Positions 38,960 to 52,249 of a stretch of DNA of 64,000 bases are shown here, in pieces. The stretch comes from Scyliorhinus canicula (lineage: Eukaryota), in assembly GCF_902713615.1 (NCBI RefSeq), contig NW_024056015.1, forward strand, positions 62,001 to 126,000, written 5' to 3'. The notes under the pieces were generated by a model. The model searched no databases and was not told the DNA's origin. It worked only from the letters and a program-made list of their open reading frames with translations. The position numbers were made by a program, and so were the translations under genes. Numbering within the stretch: position 1 is the first letter of the stretch; every line of letters begins with the position of its first letter.

Positions 38960-39202
38960 TAATTACATATCGTATATACTACACTGAGCAATAGCTATGA
39001 TTTATTTTGGACCTGAAACATAACCAGAGTTCATTCCAATAAATTGCCCGTGCAGTTCAAAGATGAAGCCGATTTTCGATAAGACTTTTTTTGGACAATT
39101 CGACAGCTTGACAAGAAACACCACTTTAACCATCTCTGGCTGTAACTGAGAAACTCGGTAGTTTATTGCAGCGCTCTCAGGCTGACAGTGATAAACACAG
39201 TG
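38960..39202 (+). pseudogene. 5'-truncated TCR V relic (same family as 17061 and 54849)
   Basis: Frameshifted TTLSNSYDLFW, PEFI, DEADF, TLTISG, SVVYCSALRL, then GACAGTG; 5' part replaced by an antisense CR1 fragment. Confidence 0.7.
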
Positions 39203-39599
39203 AAAAATCGATTCTACGACACACAAAGATTTTCAGTTGATTTCACTCACTCCCAGTATAAAATTAAGTTTACTGGCGGGGGATGAAATGTAATTAACGT
39301 TATGGTGCGGCAAGATAAAATTATCACTTCAGTCTGTTGGAAATCTGTTCTGAAAGCTGTTTTTTTTTCTGTGACGGTCAGTATTTCGCAAAATATAAGA
39401 ACCAGACGAAAGACATCCAACAGTGTAGACAGTTCAAAGGAAACATGGTTACATGTAAACAATGGAATTGTGCTCACAATTCCACTCACACGTCCGACAG
39501 TGGCATCAAATCAACAGAGATTCAGTAAATGTTTGATTCTAGAGAAAGAACAAAGAACAATACAGCACAGGAACAAGCTTGTTCCAGGCATGATACCAA

Positions 39600-40440
39600 C
39601 ATTGGCCAAAATCATCTGAATTTCCTAGTGCCGTAACCTTCCATACGCATCCTAAACATGTATATGTCGAGATGCCTTTTGAACGCCATTAATGTATCTG
39701 CTTCCACAACCTTCCCTGGCAACACGTTCCAGGCACTCACCAGCCTCTGCGTGAAACACCTGCCTCGCACATATCCACTAAACTTTGGCCCACGGATCTT
39801 AAACCTATGCCCCCTGGTGACTGACCCCCTCCAACCTGGGAAAGAGTGCTTGCCCATCAACTCTATCCATGTCCCGCATAATCTTGCCGACCTCTAATAG
39901 GTCACCCCTCAACCTCCGTCGTTTTAATGAAAAGAGTCCGAGTCTATTCAGCCTAACACCCTCCAGACCAGGCGAAATCCTGGTAAACCTCCTCTGCAAC
40001 CTCGCCAAAGCCTCTATAATCTTCTGGTAGTGTGGCGGCCAGAATTGTGCGCAATATTCTAAGTGCGACCTTAGTAAGGTTCTATGCAACTGTAGCATGA
40101 GTTACCAGTTTTTACACTCGATGCCCCGTCCAACGTAGGCAACATTCCGTTTGATTTTTTTTGTCTACCTTGTCCACTTGTCTTGCCACTTTCAAAGATC
40201 TGTGGACCTGCACGCACAGATCTCGCTGAGTTTCTATATTCCTAAGCGTTTTGTCATTTATGGTATATTTCCCCTCTATGTTAGACCTACCAAAATGAAT
40301 TACCTCACATTTGTCTGGATTAAACTCTATTTGCCATTCATCTGCCCAAGTCTCCAACCTATCTAGGACCTGCTCTATCCTCTGAAAATCCTCAACAATA
40401 TCTGCCAATCCAGAAACCTTGGTGTCGTCCGCCAATTTAC
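39600..40440 (-). mobile_element. CR1 LINE 3' fragment
   Basis: ADDTK, RSHLEYC, RGHRFK motifs (ORFs 39612-40435). Confidence 0.88.
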
Positions 40441-40734
40441 TAATCAGTCCAGGTATATTTTACTCCAAATCGAGATAGTTGATTATAATCCTTAAAATTA
40501 AGCATCGTAAAGGATTTTCTCACCAGATAGACCGCACTCACTGATTGAGTGACTGTTTGTTCAATTTGATAATGTATGCTCTGACTGTTAGCATATTCGT
40601 TCAGACAAACGAGCAGTGGAAATTGCAAAGGCCGGGGAGCATGCTCACTTCCCTCATTTCCTGCTCTCGTTCTGGCACGTCATGCATACCTTTTGCTGTT
40701 TGGTGGATTGATGTAGCAATTCTAAAGAGGAGAA

Positions 40735-41160
40735 GGTTTTTGTACAGTGACTAGCGCCTTTTCTGTCACTGTGGGCTTTAGCACACAGTAATAGACAGCG
40801 GTGCCTGCGCTCTCTGTGTGTCCAATAACAATTTGCCCCGATTATCTGCAGTGGAAAGGTCCAATTCGAATCGACCCTCTCTCTCTTTTCCAGCCGACAT
40901 TCGCCTTATTATCCACTCCAGAGCCTGACCAGACTTTTGTCTATACCAATATATTTCGTATATGCTGGACATGTCATAGCTGCAGTTTAGCTGCACCAAA
41001 TCCCTGTTCTGGACTGTAAAACTTGCTCCGAGCGACATCGACCTGTAAAACCGTTCAGACAATGACATCACCGATACAAATAAACATTCTGTGCAGATGA
41101 TGGAGTAAATTTCCTGCACCTAAAAGTTAGTAGTACCAGAATGAAAGGCAGCAGCTTCAT
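40735..41160 (-). pseudogene. TCR V pseudogene, inverted, with a consensus RSS (paralog of 48196)
   Basis: Leader MKLLPFILVLLT with donor GTAGGT changed to TTAGGT; V exon 41042-40774 with deletions (LNCSY..WYRQ..; AVYYCVLK out of frame); CACAGTG(40773-67)-23-ACAAAAACC(40743-35). Confidence 0.88.
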
Positions 41161-42099
41161 TTGCACCGTGTAACACATCGTTCAATAAAAATGGTAATAA
41201 GAAAACGGAGCACAGTTCACATCAGAGGAGCACGAAGTCAATCAACATCTTCGATATCCGGCTAATTTGAGAGGCACCGGATCAAGGTTCCGACACGTTT
41301 TTCTCTGCGATTTGATGGGCAGGAATCAGACTGCCGATATAAGGAGGTGTTTTTTTGCACAGCTGATCCCTTCTCCTTCGGCTTACACGTGAACAAGTCA
41401 ATTATCTATGCACCAGAACATTGCGTGATTGCTGTGTATTTATTCGATAGAAGTGGTGCGATAAACGCATGTTCAATAACAAGTTGGACATATTTATATG
41501 GTTTATTTTCACAAATATCATTAATTCCTCTTGTCGTTCTCGCAGTCCCATTCTTCTCCAAACTTTGATGTCACTCCCCATTACAGTTGTATTTCTGTAA
41601 TTTGGAGGACAGCGGTTCCAGGACGCAGTTTATCGCCAGTTTCTAAAGAGATGGGATATCAATTATGCATCCTTGAATGAACAAACAAGCAGGTTTTGTT
41701 CAAACCCCTCAGAGGCCCAAGCCTGTCTATTACTCCTCTTTACTCCTCCTCCTCCTATTACTCCTCCTCAAGGCAGTTATAATGGTCAGAACTAAACTCT
41801 GCTCCTCAGAATCTCTGGCATTTCTGCCACAAGAACATTGGCTAGTTGGCGCCACAGCCTCCTCGTCATTGACTGTCACCATTGAGAGATATTTTGTCCC
41901 CTTGACCAAAGGAGTTTCCTGGGGCTTGGAGGGCCGAAGGGCTTGTTCCTGTGCTTTACTTTTCTTTGTTCCTTTGTTCTTTTGAACATGAGATCTAAGT
42001 TGATATTTTAGTGACATTGGGGCCGTGTGCGTATCAGCAATAAGGAAGGTAAATACAAGAACACATAAGAAACATGAGCAAATGAAATCATTTTCTTTA

Positions 42100-42400
42100 A
42101 TTAATAATCTTTATTGTCACAAGTAAGTTTACATTAACACTGCAATGAAATTACTGTGAAAAGCCCCTAGTCGCCATATTCCGGCGCCTGTTCGCGTACA
42201 CAGAGTGAGAATTCAGAATGTCCAATTCAAATAACAGCACACCTTTCGGGACTTGTGGGAGGAAACCGGAGCACCCGGAGTAAACCCATGCAGACACGGA
42301 GAGAACGTGCAGACTCCGCACAGACAGTGACACAAGAGGGAATGGAACCTGTGACCTTGGTGCTGTGAACCAACAGTGCTAACCACTGTGCTACTTTGAC
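42100..42400 (-). mobile_element. Chimeric SINE: V-SINE/HE1-like head with the GGCGCCGGAAT..CACAGTAA..GTGACAATAA tail
   Basis: Head matches HE1-like copies; tail matches the GGGGCTGG family. Confidence 0.75.
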
Positions 42401-42689
42401 CCACCCGATCCTACACCCTCGGCAATAGGATGACCACTATTCGGATTGTGGATTTAACTCCACTTTCCTGACGACCCCCATGAACATTCACTCGCCGGAA
42501 GTTCAAACAATTCATTGGAAATCAGATTCAAAAGTAGGAAGAGACTGGAGGAAAGTTGAAAGTGAGGATAGTGACTAGTTCCACTTTGAGCAGGGAGACA
42601 GGACAACACGCGAATCAACTACTCACATAATCCTTCAGAATGTTCCGACAGGTTGGAAAATATTTTCACAAATGCAAAGGAACCGAGTG

Positions 42690-43030
42690 AATCGGATTGC
42701 AGAACAATTACTATACAGGCTTTATTTGGAAGCAAGTGGACGTATTAGTGACCATTTGGAAGCAAATGGACGTATTAGTGAGAGGCATCACGGTTTTGTG
42801 AAGGGGAGGTCGTGTCTCACTAACTTGATAGAGTTTTTCAAAGAGGACACAAAGATGATTGATGCAGGTAGGGCAGCGGATGTTGTCTATATGGACTTCA
42901 GTAAGGCCTTTGACAAGGTGCCTCATGGTAGACTTGTGCAAAAGGTGAAGTCACACGGGATCGGAGTGAGCTGGCAAGGACATTGGCTAGTTGGCGCCAC
43001 AGCCTCCTCGTCATTGACTGGCTAGGTCAT
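42690..43030 (+). mobile_element. CR1 RT fragment
   Basis: HHGFVKGRSCLTNLIEFF..YMDFSKAFDKVPHGRL. Confidence 0.85.
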
Positions 43031-43596
43031 GGATCCGGCATTCATTATTATCATGATTTATCTTCCAACTCATGAGCATAATTCCACCTTCCCCCATATC
43101 CTTTGATCCGTTTCGCCCTAAATCTAAGTCCTATATCTAACTGCTTCTTAAACATATATAATGCTGGAATCTCAGTCATTGAGCATGTTCAATACAGAAA
43201 ACAACAGATTTCTTGAACCGATCAAGGGATATGTAGATAGGACCAGAACGTGGCGTTCGGGTAGACGATCAGTCCTGATATAAGTGAATGATAACACAGG
43301 ACCGAAGGGCCGAATGACCTATTTTTGTTTGCATGTTCCAATCTCCCATGTTTCTATGCACTTCGCTAATTAAATCTCTAAATCTGATTATTTATACGAG
43401 TATTTATTGTAACCCAGTCTGATGGGCTTCGATTTATTGTCTACAATCTCTCTCCTTCGGGGTAACACAGCAATACTGGATACCGAAGGAAAATAGGTGA
43501 GAACATCCGGCCACACCACAGCAGATTGTTAAGGGCGTGGCTTTGGACGGGTTTCTTCAAATACCCAACTGGCCTTTCACAGAGTGGACAGTGACA

Positions 43597-44106
43597 ATGC
43601 GGCGACTCAATGTCTGTGTGATGTGGAGATCACTTCTGACTGGTAATCATGTGCAAACTTCATTTCACAGCTGCTCACACATCCCAACCATTGTTCAAGA
43701 CGATGCCGTCACCTGCTGACCGTTGTAACACTTGCTGCTTTAATAAGACACTTTTTTCAAATCTGTGTCTTAGAGATTCTGTCACTCAACCGGTCTCATC
43801 AGATATTAAGAGAGAAGGTGAAATCGTGACTCTAAGATGTACCTACATTACTACATGGAGTGTCTACAGGCTGTACTGGTACCGACATCATCCAAACATG
43901 GAACTTGTGTTTATCGTGAGGAAAGACCTTGATGGTTATGAAGATAAAGCAGATATATTTAAATGGCGCTTCTATCTGGATCTCCAGGCCTCGAACAAAT
44001 TCCTCAGTTTGATTAACTCTGATCTGAGCCTGTCGGATGCTGCCGTGTATGACTGCGCGTTCAGACGCACAGTGAAAGAAACAAGACTCACACCCGTGCA
44101 AAAAAA
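43597..44106 (+). pseudogene. TCR alpha/delta V: open frame but defective splice acceptor (ORF or pseudogene)
   Basis: Leader MRRLNVCVMWRSLLT (43597-43642); acceptor AA at 43759-60; DSVTQP..LRCTY..WYRH..DAAVYDCAFR; RSS CACAGTG-23-GCAAAAAAA. Confidence 0.85.
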
Positions 44107-44639
44107 TGTCCTATGAACAGGAAATGTGAGCCCTTGTCGATTGAGGATTGCTTAGCCGCGTGGACAGATGCAAAGCGAGTTGACAGCCGCTCAAACACAC
44201 ACAGAGGAAACCAAATTAACCTCAGATAAAACTGTCATCCAACAGTTTCCTTTAGCAGTAGAGAAAATAATCTGCAGAATCCAATCGGATAGACAGACAA
44301 GGCACATAACGTGACTTCAATCATTCTTCGATGAGGGTTAAGAAGAAAAGCCTTTTGTGTTAAGTTGGACTTTATCCAAAACATTACAGACACTGAAACC
44401 GACGTCATTACTCTCCCCCGCAAATTCCAAAGCAATTTGTGCAGAAAACTGCTCGCGCCCAAGTTCACACTAGTCCTGCAAATTGTGTATTGCATACCAA
44501 TAACACTAATAAAAAGAGCAGGAAGTATTTGACATAAGCATACAGCAACATCTATTCGTAATTTGAGCGTACAGAGAATCTCCCAAAAGAAAGCCATTTA
44601 CAAAACATCGCCAACAGAGGGAGCTCACACGTCATGTTT

Positions 44640-45110
44640 TGGATTTGGATTTGGGTTTATTGTCACGTGAACCGAGGTACAGTGAAATTTATTGTTCTGC
44701 GTCCAGACAGATCGTTCCGTATGTGTAAAACATAGGGTATACGAGAGATACACAGTGTAAAAACATAGTTAAAGACATGGGGTGAGGCATGCAGAGTGTA
44801 GAGACGATGCGTGGAGAGTTCAGTTTGGTCCATTAAAGGCCATTCAGGAGTCTGGTAACGGCGGGGGGAAGCTGGTTTTGAACCTGTTAGTGCGCGTTGT
44901 AAGACCTTTATATTTCCTGCCCGACGGAAGATGTTGGAAGAGCGAATAACCCGGGGGGAGGGGTCTTTGATTATGCTGCCCGCTTTCCCCAAACAGCGGG
45001 TGGTGCAGGTGGAGTCAGTGGATGGGAGGCGGGTTCCTGTGATGGACTGGGATAAGTTCAGGGCTCTATGTAGTTTCTTCCGGACTTCGGCCAAGCAATA
45101 GCCGTATGAG
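44640..45110 (-). mobile_element. Rex1/Babar-type LINE 3' fragment
   Basis: RCLGKAGSIIKDPS, typical of the Rex1 ORF C-terminus; tail related to repeats at ~22370 and ~33720. Confidence 0.65.
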
Positions 45111-45919
45111 GGCGGCGATACAGCCAGATGGGTTACGGGTATAGGGTGGATACGTGGGTTTGAGTGGGGTGATCATGGCTCGGCACAACATTGAGGGCCG
45201 AAGGGCCTGTTCTGTGCTGTACTGTTCTATGTTCTATGTTCTATTGACACTGCAATTAAGTTTCTGTGAAAAGCCCCTAATCGCCACATTCCGGTGACTG
45301 TTCGGGTACACGGAGGGAGAATTCAGAATGTGCAATTCACCGAACAAACACGTCTTTCGGTACTTGTGGGAGGAAACTGGAGCACCCGCGGTAACCTACG
45401 CAGACACGGGGAGAACGTTCAGACTCCACGCATACAGTGACCCAAGCCGGGAATCGAACCTGGCACCCTGGAGCTGTGAAGCAACATTTAGTTGATGGGA
45501 GATCACTATATTGGTTTTGTACTCTGCTACATTTGCCACCTTCCACTGTAAGTGATGCCCACTGTCTGCATAACCAGTCGTTCCCTCACCTAGGTTCCAA
45601 ATATAAATCCAACCCAACCCCCTCCTCCTCCCCACCGTCCCTTCTGCGGAACATGTAGCTTGATCAGGTCATGGCTCCATCTCAGTGGCGAAAAACAGCA
45701 AAGTTACCGCAACAGCTGTGTTCAATGCAGTACATCATTCCCCATCAGGCACAATAGCTATCGTGAGATAAGAAATAGCGCCACCAGATAGCGTCTCAAT
45801 ACGAATAGACATTCAGCAATGCAATGTCACCTGATTCTCAGAGATCATATAGGATAACATTAGATTCGAACGTGACACAAGATAACACAATCAGTTACAA
45901 ACAGGATTATCCCAATTGA

Positions 45920-47312
45920 AAGAATGGAGATGGCGTCATGTAGAAAAGAATGGAGATGGCGTCATGTAGAAAAGAATGGAGATGGTGTCATGTAGAAAAG
46001 AATGGAGATGGCGTCATGTAGAGGTACGAGCCTGAGTGCCATGGTAATGGCGCCGTTGCCGCTCTCCCCAAGAGGTTTACCACGAGCCCGGTGGTGGCGG
46101 CGGCCCTAAGAATCTGGGGACAGTGGAGGCGGCATAGGGGGGAAACAGGGGGCTCGATGGAGGCTCCACTGGGTGGCAACCATCGGTTCATCCCGGGGAA
46201 CAAGGATGGGTGATTTAGGGGGTTGAAAAGGGCGGGCATCAGCAAATTGAGGGACCTGTTTATTGGCGGGAGGTTTGCGGGCCTGGGGGAACTGGAAGAT
46301 AAATTTGGCCTTCCCCAAGGGAACATGTTCAGATACTTGCAGGTAAAGGCGTTTGCTAGGCGACAGGTAGAGGGATTCCCTTTGCGGCCCTCGCAGGGGA
46401 CGATGGACAGAGTGCTTTCGGGGGTGTGGGTCGGAGAGGGTAAGGTGTCTGACATCTATAAGGTAATGCAGGAGGTGGAGGAGTCGTCAGTGGAGGAGCT
46501 GAAGGTTAAATGGGAGGAGGAACTCGGGGAGCAGATAGAGGACGGGACTTGGGCGGATGCCTTGGAGAGAGTCAACTCTTCCTCCTCATGTGCGAGGCTT
46601 AGTCTCATCCAATTTAAGGTGCTGCACCGGGCCCACATGGCCGGGACTAGGATGAGTAGGTTCTTTGGGTGTGAGGATAGGTGCACCAGATGTTCGGGGA
46701 GTCCAGCGAACCTCGCCCATATGTTCTGGGCATGCCCAGCACTGGAGGAATTCTGGAAGTGGGTGGCGGGGATGGTGTCGAGGGCGGTTGGATCCAGAGT
46801 CAAAACAGGTTGGGGACTCGCGATTTTTGGAGTTGCGGTAGAGCCGGGAGTGCAGGAGGTGAAAGAGGCCGGTGTCCTGGCCTTTGCGTCCCGAGTAGCC
46901 CGTCGAAGGATCCTGCTACAGTGGAAGGATGCGAGGCCCCCAAGGGTGGAGACCTGGATCAGTGACATGGCGGGATTTATAAAACTGGAAAGGGTAAAAT
47001 TTGCCCTGAGAGGATCAATACAAGGGTTCTATAAACGATGGCAGCCTTTTCTGGACTTCCTGGCGCAAAGATAGGTATCTTGGTCAATAGCAGCAGCAAC
47101 CCGGGGGAAGGGGGGGGGGGGGTCCTCATTGTAGTTTCTATTCTGTAACTTTATATTGTGTTAACTTGCATTGTTGTTAAAATGCTGTGTTGTGCATGGG
47201 GGCGGGGCGAATGTTTATGATTGTTAATATTATTGTTATTTTTGGTATTTTACTATGGTGCGTTATTGTTGTATAAATTCAAAAATTTTCAATAAAAATT
47301 ATTTTTAAAAAA
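45920..47312 (+). mobile_element. 5'-truncated L1/Tx1-clade LINE with a 17-bp target-site duplication
   Basis: ORF 46223-47074 with CCHC motif CTRC..HMFWAC; AATAAA and A-rich tail; AGGATTATCCCAATTGA at 45903-19 and 47313-29. Confidence 0.9.
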
Positions 47313-48195
47313 AGGATTATCCCAATTGAGCCAACACATTGCAAACACCATTGGTACCGAATGCATGCACACGTACTGTCAACTAAACAAAAAGAGGCCC
47401 TGAATCTATCCTATTGGCGCCAACAACAGTGACGGGCGGTACCGAATCTCTGTTGATCGAAGAGAAAGTTATGACAGTATTGAGAGCACTGCCTCATCAG
47501 ACATTGAAGCGTTTGATAAGCAGTGAGACACGGTGAGACAGTGACTGACCGGGCCAAAACAGTTCCTGCTGCAGATTTCACACAACCAATCAGGACATAG
47601 CTGCTCTTCTTCCGTGAATATGTTGACATCTTTAGAGAGGACCTTTTCACAGCTCTTATCCATCCTGTAAGAAAAGGGTCAATCAGGTGTTCCTCTATGT
47701 GCTGACGACTTTGTTAAGCATATGTCGCAGACTCTACACATTCAGTCGGGAAATGGTTCATCGAGTTGTCTCCATTGTGTTAATTATTGTATTTTCCTTC
47801 AGGATCCATTCACTCTGTCTGGAAAGGGCTTGACTGAATTCGGCTCCGGGCGATCAGATTTCTCCATAACTCAGTCATGCTGATAAAGGGGTGCGGGTCC
47901 CTTCACTTCTCTCCACTGGGAGCAGAAGAACATCCTTCCCTTCAGACAACTGCTATGTTCACTTGTGAAACGCCCGCTAAAAGGGCAAGGAAAAGAATAA
48001 ACCACCTCCTCCATCAGATCGAAAATATCCGGTTCCAACCAACGCAAGGGCAGCACAACCACGTGACTTAGTCTATAAATGGGCGCCACTCACATAAATT
48101 AGCCGACATTTCAATATTTTCCTACTCCATTCATTTTCTTATGACGTGATCTGTGTCCCGTTTTCTCACTGAGATTTGATATTTTAATTGCAGTG

Positions 48196-48633
48196 ATGTA
48201 CTGCATTGTGCAATTAAATGTATTATCATTTATTCTGGCGATTCTAACGTGTAGGTACAGGGGTTGCACCAAATAACCGTAGGCGTTTGTTTTTTTAAAT
48301 CTTTTTGTTGTTCCAGTGATTCACAATCTTATTTTCTTCGCAGGTCGATGTCTCTCGGACCGGGTTGTTCAATCTCACCCGTGGAAAAGTGTCCAGAGAG
48401 GGAATTCCGTGCGTTTAGACTGTAGCTATGAGGTATCGAACTTTTACGCCATGAATTGGTACAAACAGAAACCCGGTCAGGGACTGGAATGGATTATAAA
48501 GAAAACATCGACTGGCGTAAACAATAACGGTCGCTTTAAACTGAATCTTGACACTGACGATAAACGCGGCGAATTGCTCATTGAAAACACGGAGAACGCT
48601 GATGCCGCTGTTTATTACTGTGCGACTGAGCCG
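48196..48633 (+). CDS. TCR alpha/delta V segment, apparently functional; join(48196..48250,48344..48633)
   Basis: Leader MYCIVQLNVLSFILAILT, donor GTAGGT, acceptor TTCGCAG; CRCLS|DRVVQS..LDCSY..WYKQKPGQGLEW..DAAVYYCATEP. Confidence 0.88.
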
Positions 48634-48672
48634 CACACTGAGACAAAACCCGACATTCACTGTACAAAAACC
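48634..48672 (+). other. 23-spacer RSS
   Basis: CACACTG-23-ACAAAAACC. Confidence 0.9.
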
Positions 48673-48999
48673 TCTTTCCGTGTAAGAGTTCCGGAACAGC
48701 TGCAGCAACGTCTCCAATGACACAGGAGAGGGGGAAGGCTCAAAGCCAGAATAGCTAACGGAACCTGCGGGCAGGGTTACCGCGGAGAATGTTACTGCAG
48801 TGTTTCTCTCTATAACTCCCATTAGATAGGCGCTTGGATCAGAGATGCCGACGGTTATAACATAGAGCATCAGGGTGCGGAACGAGGGAGTGTAGCCGCT
48901 GCTGTGCTGAAAGCTTAACTGTGATTATTGTCCAAGAAACCAAGACGGTCCCTTTACTGAGAGTTGATTTTATGCCGATAAACTATTACACAGAACCAA

Positions 49000-49510
49000 A
49001 CATAGAAAATAGAAGCAGTGAGATACCATTAGGCCCAACAAGCCTGCTCCACCATTCATCATGATCATGGCTGACGATCAAGTTCAATACCCTGATCCCG
49101 CCTTCCCCCCATATCAGTTCATCCCATTAGCCACAGCAGCTATATCTAATTCCGTCTTGAAATTAAACAACGTTTTGTCCTCAACTACTTTCTCTGCAGT
49201 AAATTCCAGAGATTCGCCAAGCTCAATCCTAAAAGATTTCCCCTTACCCCCGAATTGTGACCCCGTGTTCTTTTTTCCCCCACCATCAAGAACATTCTAT
49301 CTGAATCTACCCTGACTAATCCTAATAGAAATTTAAAACTTTCTTTGAGATTTACTCACTCTTCTAAACTTCAATGAATATAACCTTGACCGAATTCGTC
49401 TCTCCATATATGACAGACCCACCATCTCAGGAATCAATCTGGTAAACAGTCGCAACAATCCCTACAAAGCAAGAATATCCTCTCTCAGATCAGGACACCA
49501 AAACGGCTCA
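49000..49510 (-). mobile_element. CR1 LINE 3' fragment
   Basis: Antisense CR1 C-terminus and 3' UTR (TTCTATTTTCTATG tail at ~49000). Confidence 0.7.
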
Positions 49511-49808
49511 CAATACTCCAGATGTGGCCATACAAATAGTTCCTTTTCAGAAGGTGGTGGTGAACTGCCTTCTTGAACTGCTGCTGGGGTTGGTTTAGCT
49601 CACTGGGCTAAATCGCTGGATTTTAAAGCAGACCAAGGCAGACCAGCAGCACGGTTCGATTCGTGTACCAGCCTCCCCGGACAGGCGCCGGAATGTGGCG
49701 ACTAGGGGCTTTTCACAGTAACTTCATTGAAGCCTACTCGTGACAATAAGCGATTTTCATTTCATTTCATGTTCAGTCCCTGAGGTATGTGTACACCCAC
49801 AGTGCTGA

Positions 49809-49842
<34 letters not shown>

Positions 49843-50289
49843 TTTCCAGTGTTTTGACCCAACGACAGCGAAGGAACATCCGATATATTTCCAAGTCAGG
49901 GTGGTGGGTGACTTGGGGGATGGGGTGAAATTCCACAGAGTGGTACTCCCAGGCACGTGTTGCTATTGAACCTACCGCTGGTAGTGGCTCTGGGTTTGCA
50001 AAGTGCTACCCAACGAACTTTCGTGAGTTTCTGCAGTGAGCCTTGTACATATAAAGCAATTGAATTCACCAGGTATCCGTATTCCTGCTCTAGTAGACTA
50101 TTCCCTAAACTGCAAAGCAACTGACAGACGGAGAATGAAGCAGTATCGTAGTTCACCTATTTACATCATGATGTCATAGATTATCATAGAATTTACAGTG
50201 CAGAAGGAGGCCACTCGGCCCATCGAGTCTGCACCGGCTCTTGGAAACAGCACCCTAATTGTGCTATCCACAATGCTACCGTGCTGCCC

Positions 50290-51770
50290 TTCGACTGGTA
50301 ATGTCATTACCAATCGAAAGGGATTAGGGGTCGTGTTTTGATATGGATACATAACTGATTGGCAGATAGGAAACAAATAGTCGGAATTAACGGCTCTTTC
50401 CAAATGGTATGCAGTGACTTGTGGGATTCTGCGAGGATCGGTGCGAGGATCTCAGCTATTCGTAATGTATTAATGATTTAGATGAGGGAACGAAATGTTA
50501 TATCTCCATATTTGGATATGAAACATGTTGGGTGGAAGGATGAGCTATCAGGAGGATGGAGAGACCCATTAGTGTGATTCTAGTTGAATGAGTTGGCAAA
50601 TGAATGACAGATGCTGTATAATTTGGACAAATGCGAGGTTAACCACTTTGGTACCAAAAACGGGAGGGCAGATTATTATCTGAATGGACTGAAGTTATGA
50701 GAGGCGGATGCACTCGTACACCAGGTGCTGGTGGTATGCATGCAGGTCGAAAGGGGCAGCACGGTAGCATTGTGGATAGCACAATTGCTTCACAGTTCCA
50801 GGGTCCCATGTTCGATTCCCGGCTTGAGTCACTGCCTGTGCGGAGTCTCCACATTCTCCCCTTGATGTGCGTGGGTTTCCTCCGGGTGCCCCGGTTCCCT
50901 CCCACAGTCCAAATATGTGCAGGTTAAGTGGATTGGCCATGATAAATTGCCCATAGTGTCCAAAGTTGCCTTTAGTGCTGGGTGGGGTTACTGGATTATG
51001 GGATTAGGGTGGAGGCGTGGACCTTGGGTAGGGTGCTCTTTACAAGAGCCGGTGCAGACTCGATGGGACGAATGGCCTGCTTCTACACTATAAATTCTAT
51101 GAATTCTAGGTACACTAAGCGGTAAAGTAGTCAAGTTGTACGTCGATCTTCATCGCGAGAGGATTGGAGAATTGAAGCAGGCAATTATACAGGGTCTTGG
51201 TGAGGCCACACCTGAACTATTGTCTGTCGTTGTTTTTTTTTAAATCTGAGGAAGGATGTTCTTGCTCAAGGGGGTGTGCAGAGAAAGATTACCAGACTGA
51301 TACATTGGATGATAGGTCTGATGTATTTAGAGAGAATGAGTTGGTTAGGATTGTATTCTCTGCAATTCAAAAGAATGAGGGGGGGGGGGGTCTCATAGAA
51401 ACTAATAAAATTCTAAAATGACTAGACAGGCTAGATGCAAAACGGATGTTCCCGATGGTGTACAGAACCAGGGGGTACAGTCTGTGGATACGGGTAGAAC
51501 ACTTAGGACAGACATTATGAGAAATATTTTCACCCAGAGCGTGGTCACCCTGTAGAATTATTTACCACACAAATGAGTTGAATACTAACATGTTTTCAAG
51601 AAGCAGTTAGATATGGCACTCGGCGACGGGGCTCAAATTATATTGGCGGAGTAAGGAACAGGATACTGAATTGGGTGTTGAGCCACGATCATAATGATTG
51701 CAGGAACAGGGTCGAAGGGCGGAATGATCTCCTCCTTTTCCTGTTTACTATGTTTCTATGTCTCTATCTT
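50290..51770 (+). mobile_element. Decayed CR1 3' portion with a nested HE1-like SINE (~50752-51110)
   Basis: DKCEV.HFG and RPHLNYC remnants, TTTCTATG tail at ~51750; SINE head GGGGCAGCACGGTAGCA. Confidence 0.7.
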
Positions 51771-52249
51771 TGTTTGTCAGGAATTCCAACCCACTTATAA
51801 AGACCTATCGTCTTCCTAACTCCTGAAGCTCAGATATTATTTTTTGTGAACTAAAAATTGCTTAATTTTTATTTTTCGTTTCGGCATTGGTAGTAAGGAC
51901 AGTATTTGATGTCCATCTCTAACTAGCCCGTCACCTGAATGGCTTGCTAGAATATTGAAATGAAATGGATATCGCTTATTGTCACAAGTAGGCTTCAAAT
52001 GAAGTTACTGTGAAAAGCCCCTATCGAGGGAAGCGTAGAGTCAACGAGATTTATGCGCCTCTGGAGTCATATGACCATCAATGATCTGATGTCACAGTTG
52101 CTAGTTATACGCTGTTCAGATTGAACGCGCCTGGCTTGATATTCAGAGAAGAAGGAAAGATTTTACATTATTAATTCACAGATTATCAAGGAATGACAAA
52201 GAATAATGAGTTTAAAAAATGGAGACAGGCGATGATTTCTCTAAATAAC

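Noticed and set aside
49809-49840. Long poly-G run (shorter G/C runs at ~26970, 29445, 35280, 47110, 51378, 52808, 61380)
   Set aside because: Mostly inside transposon copies, and homopolymer length is unreliable in assemblies
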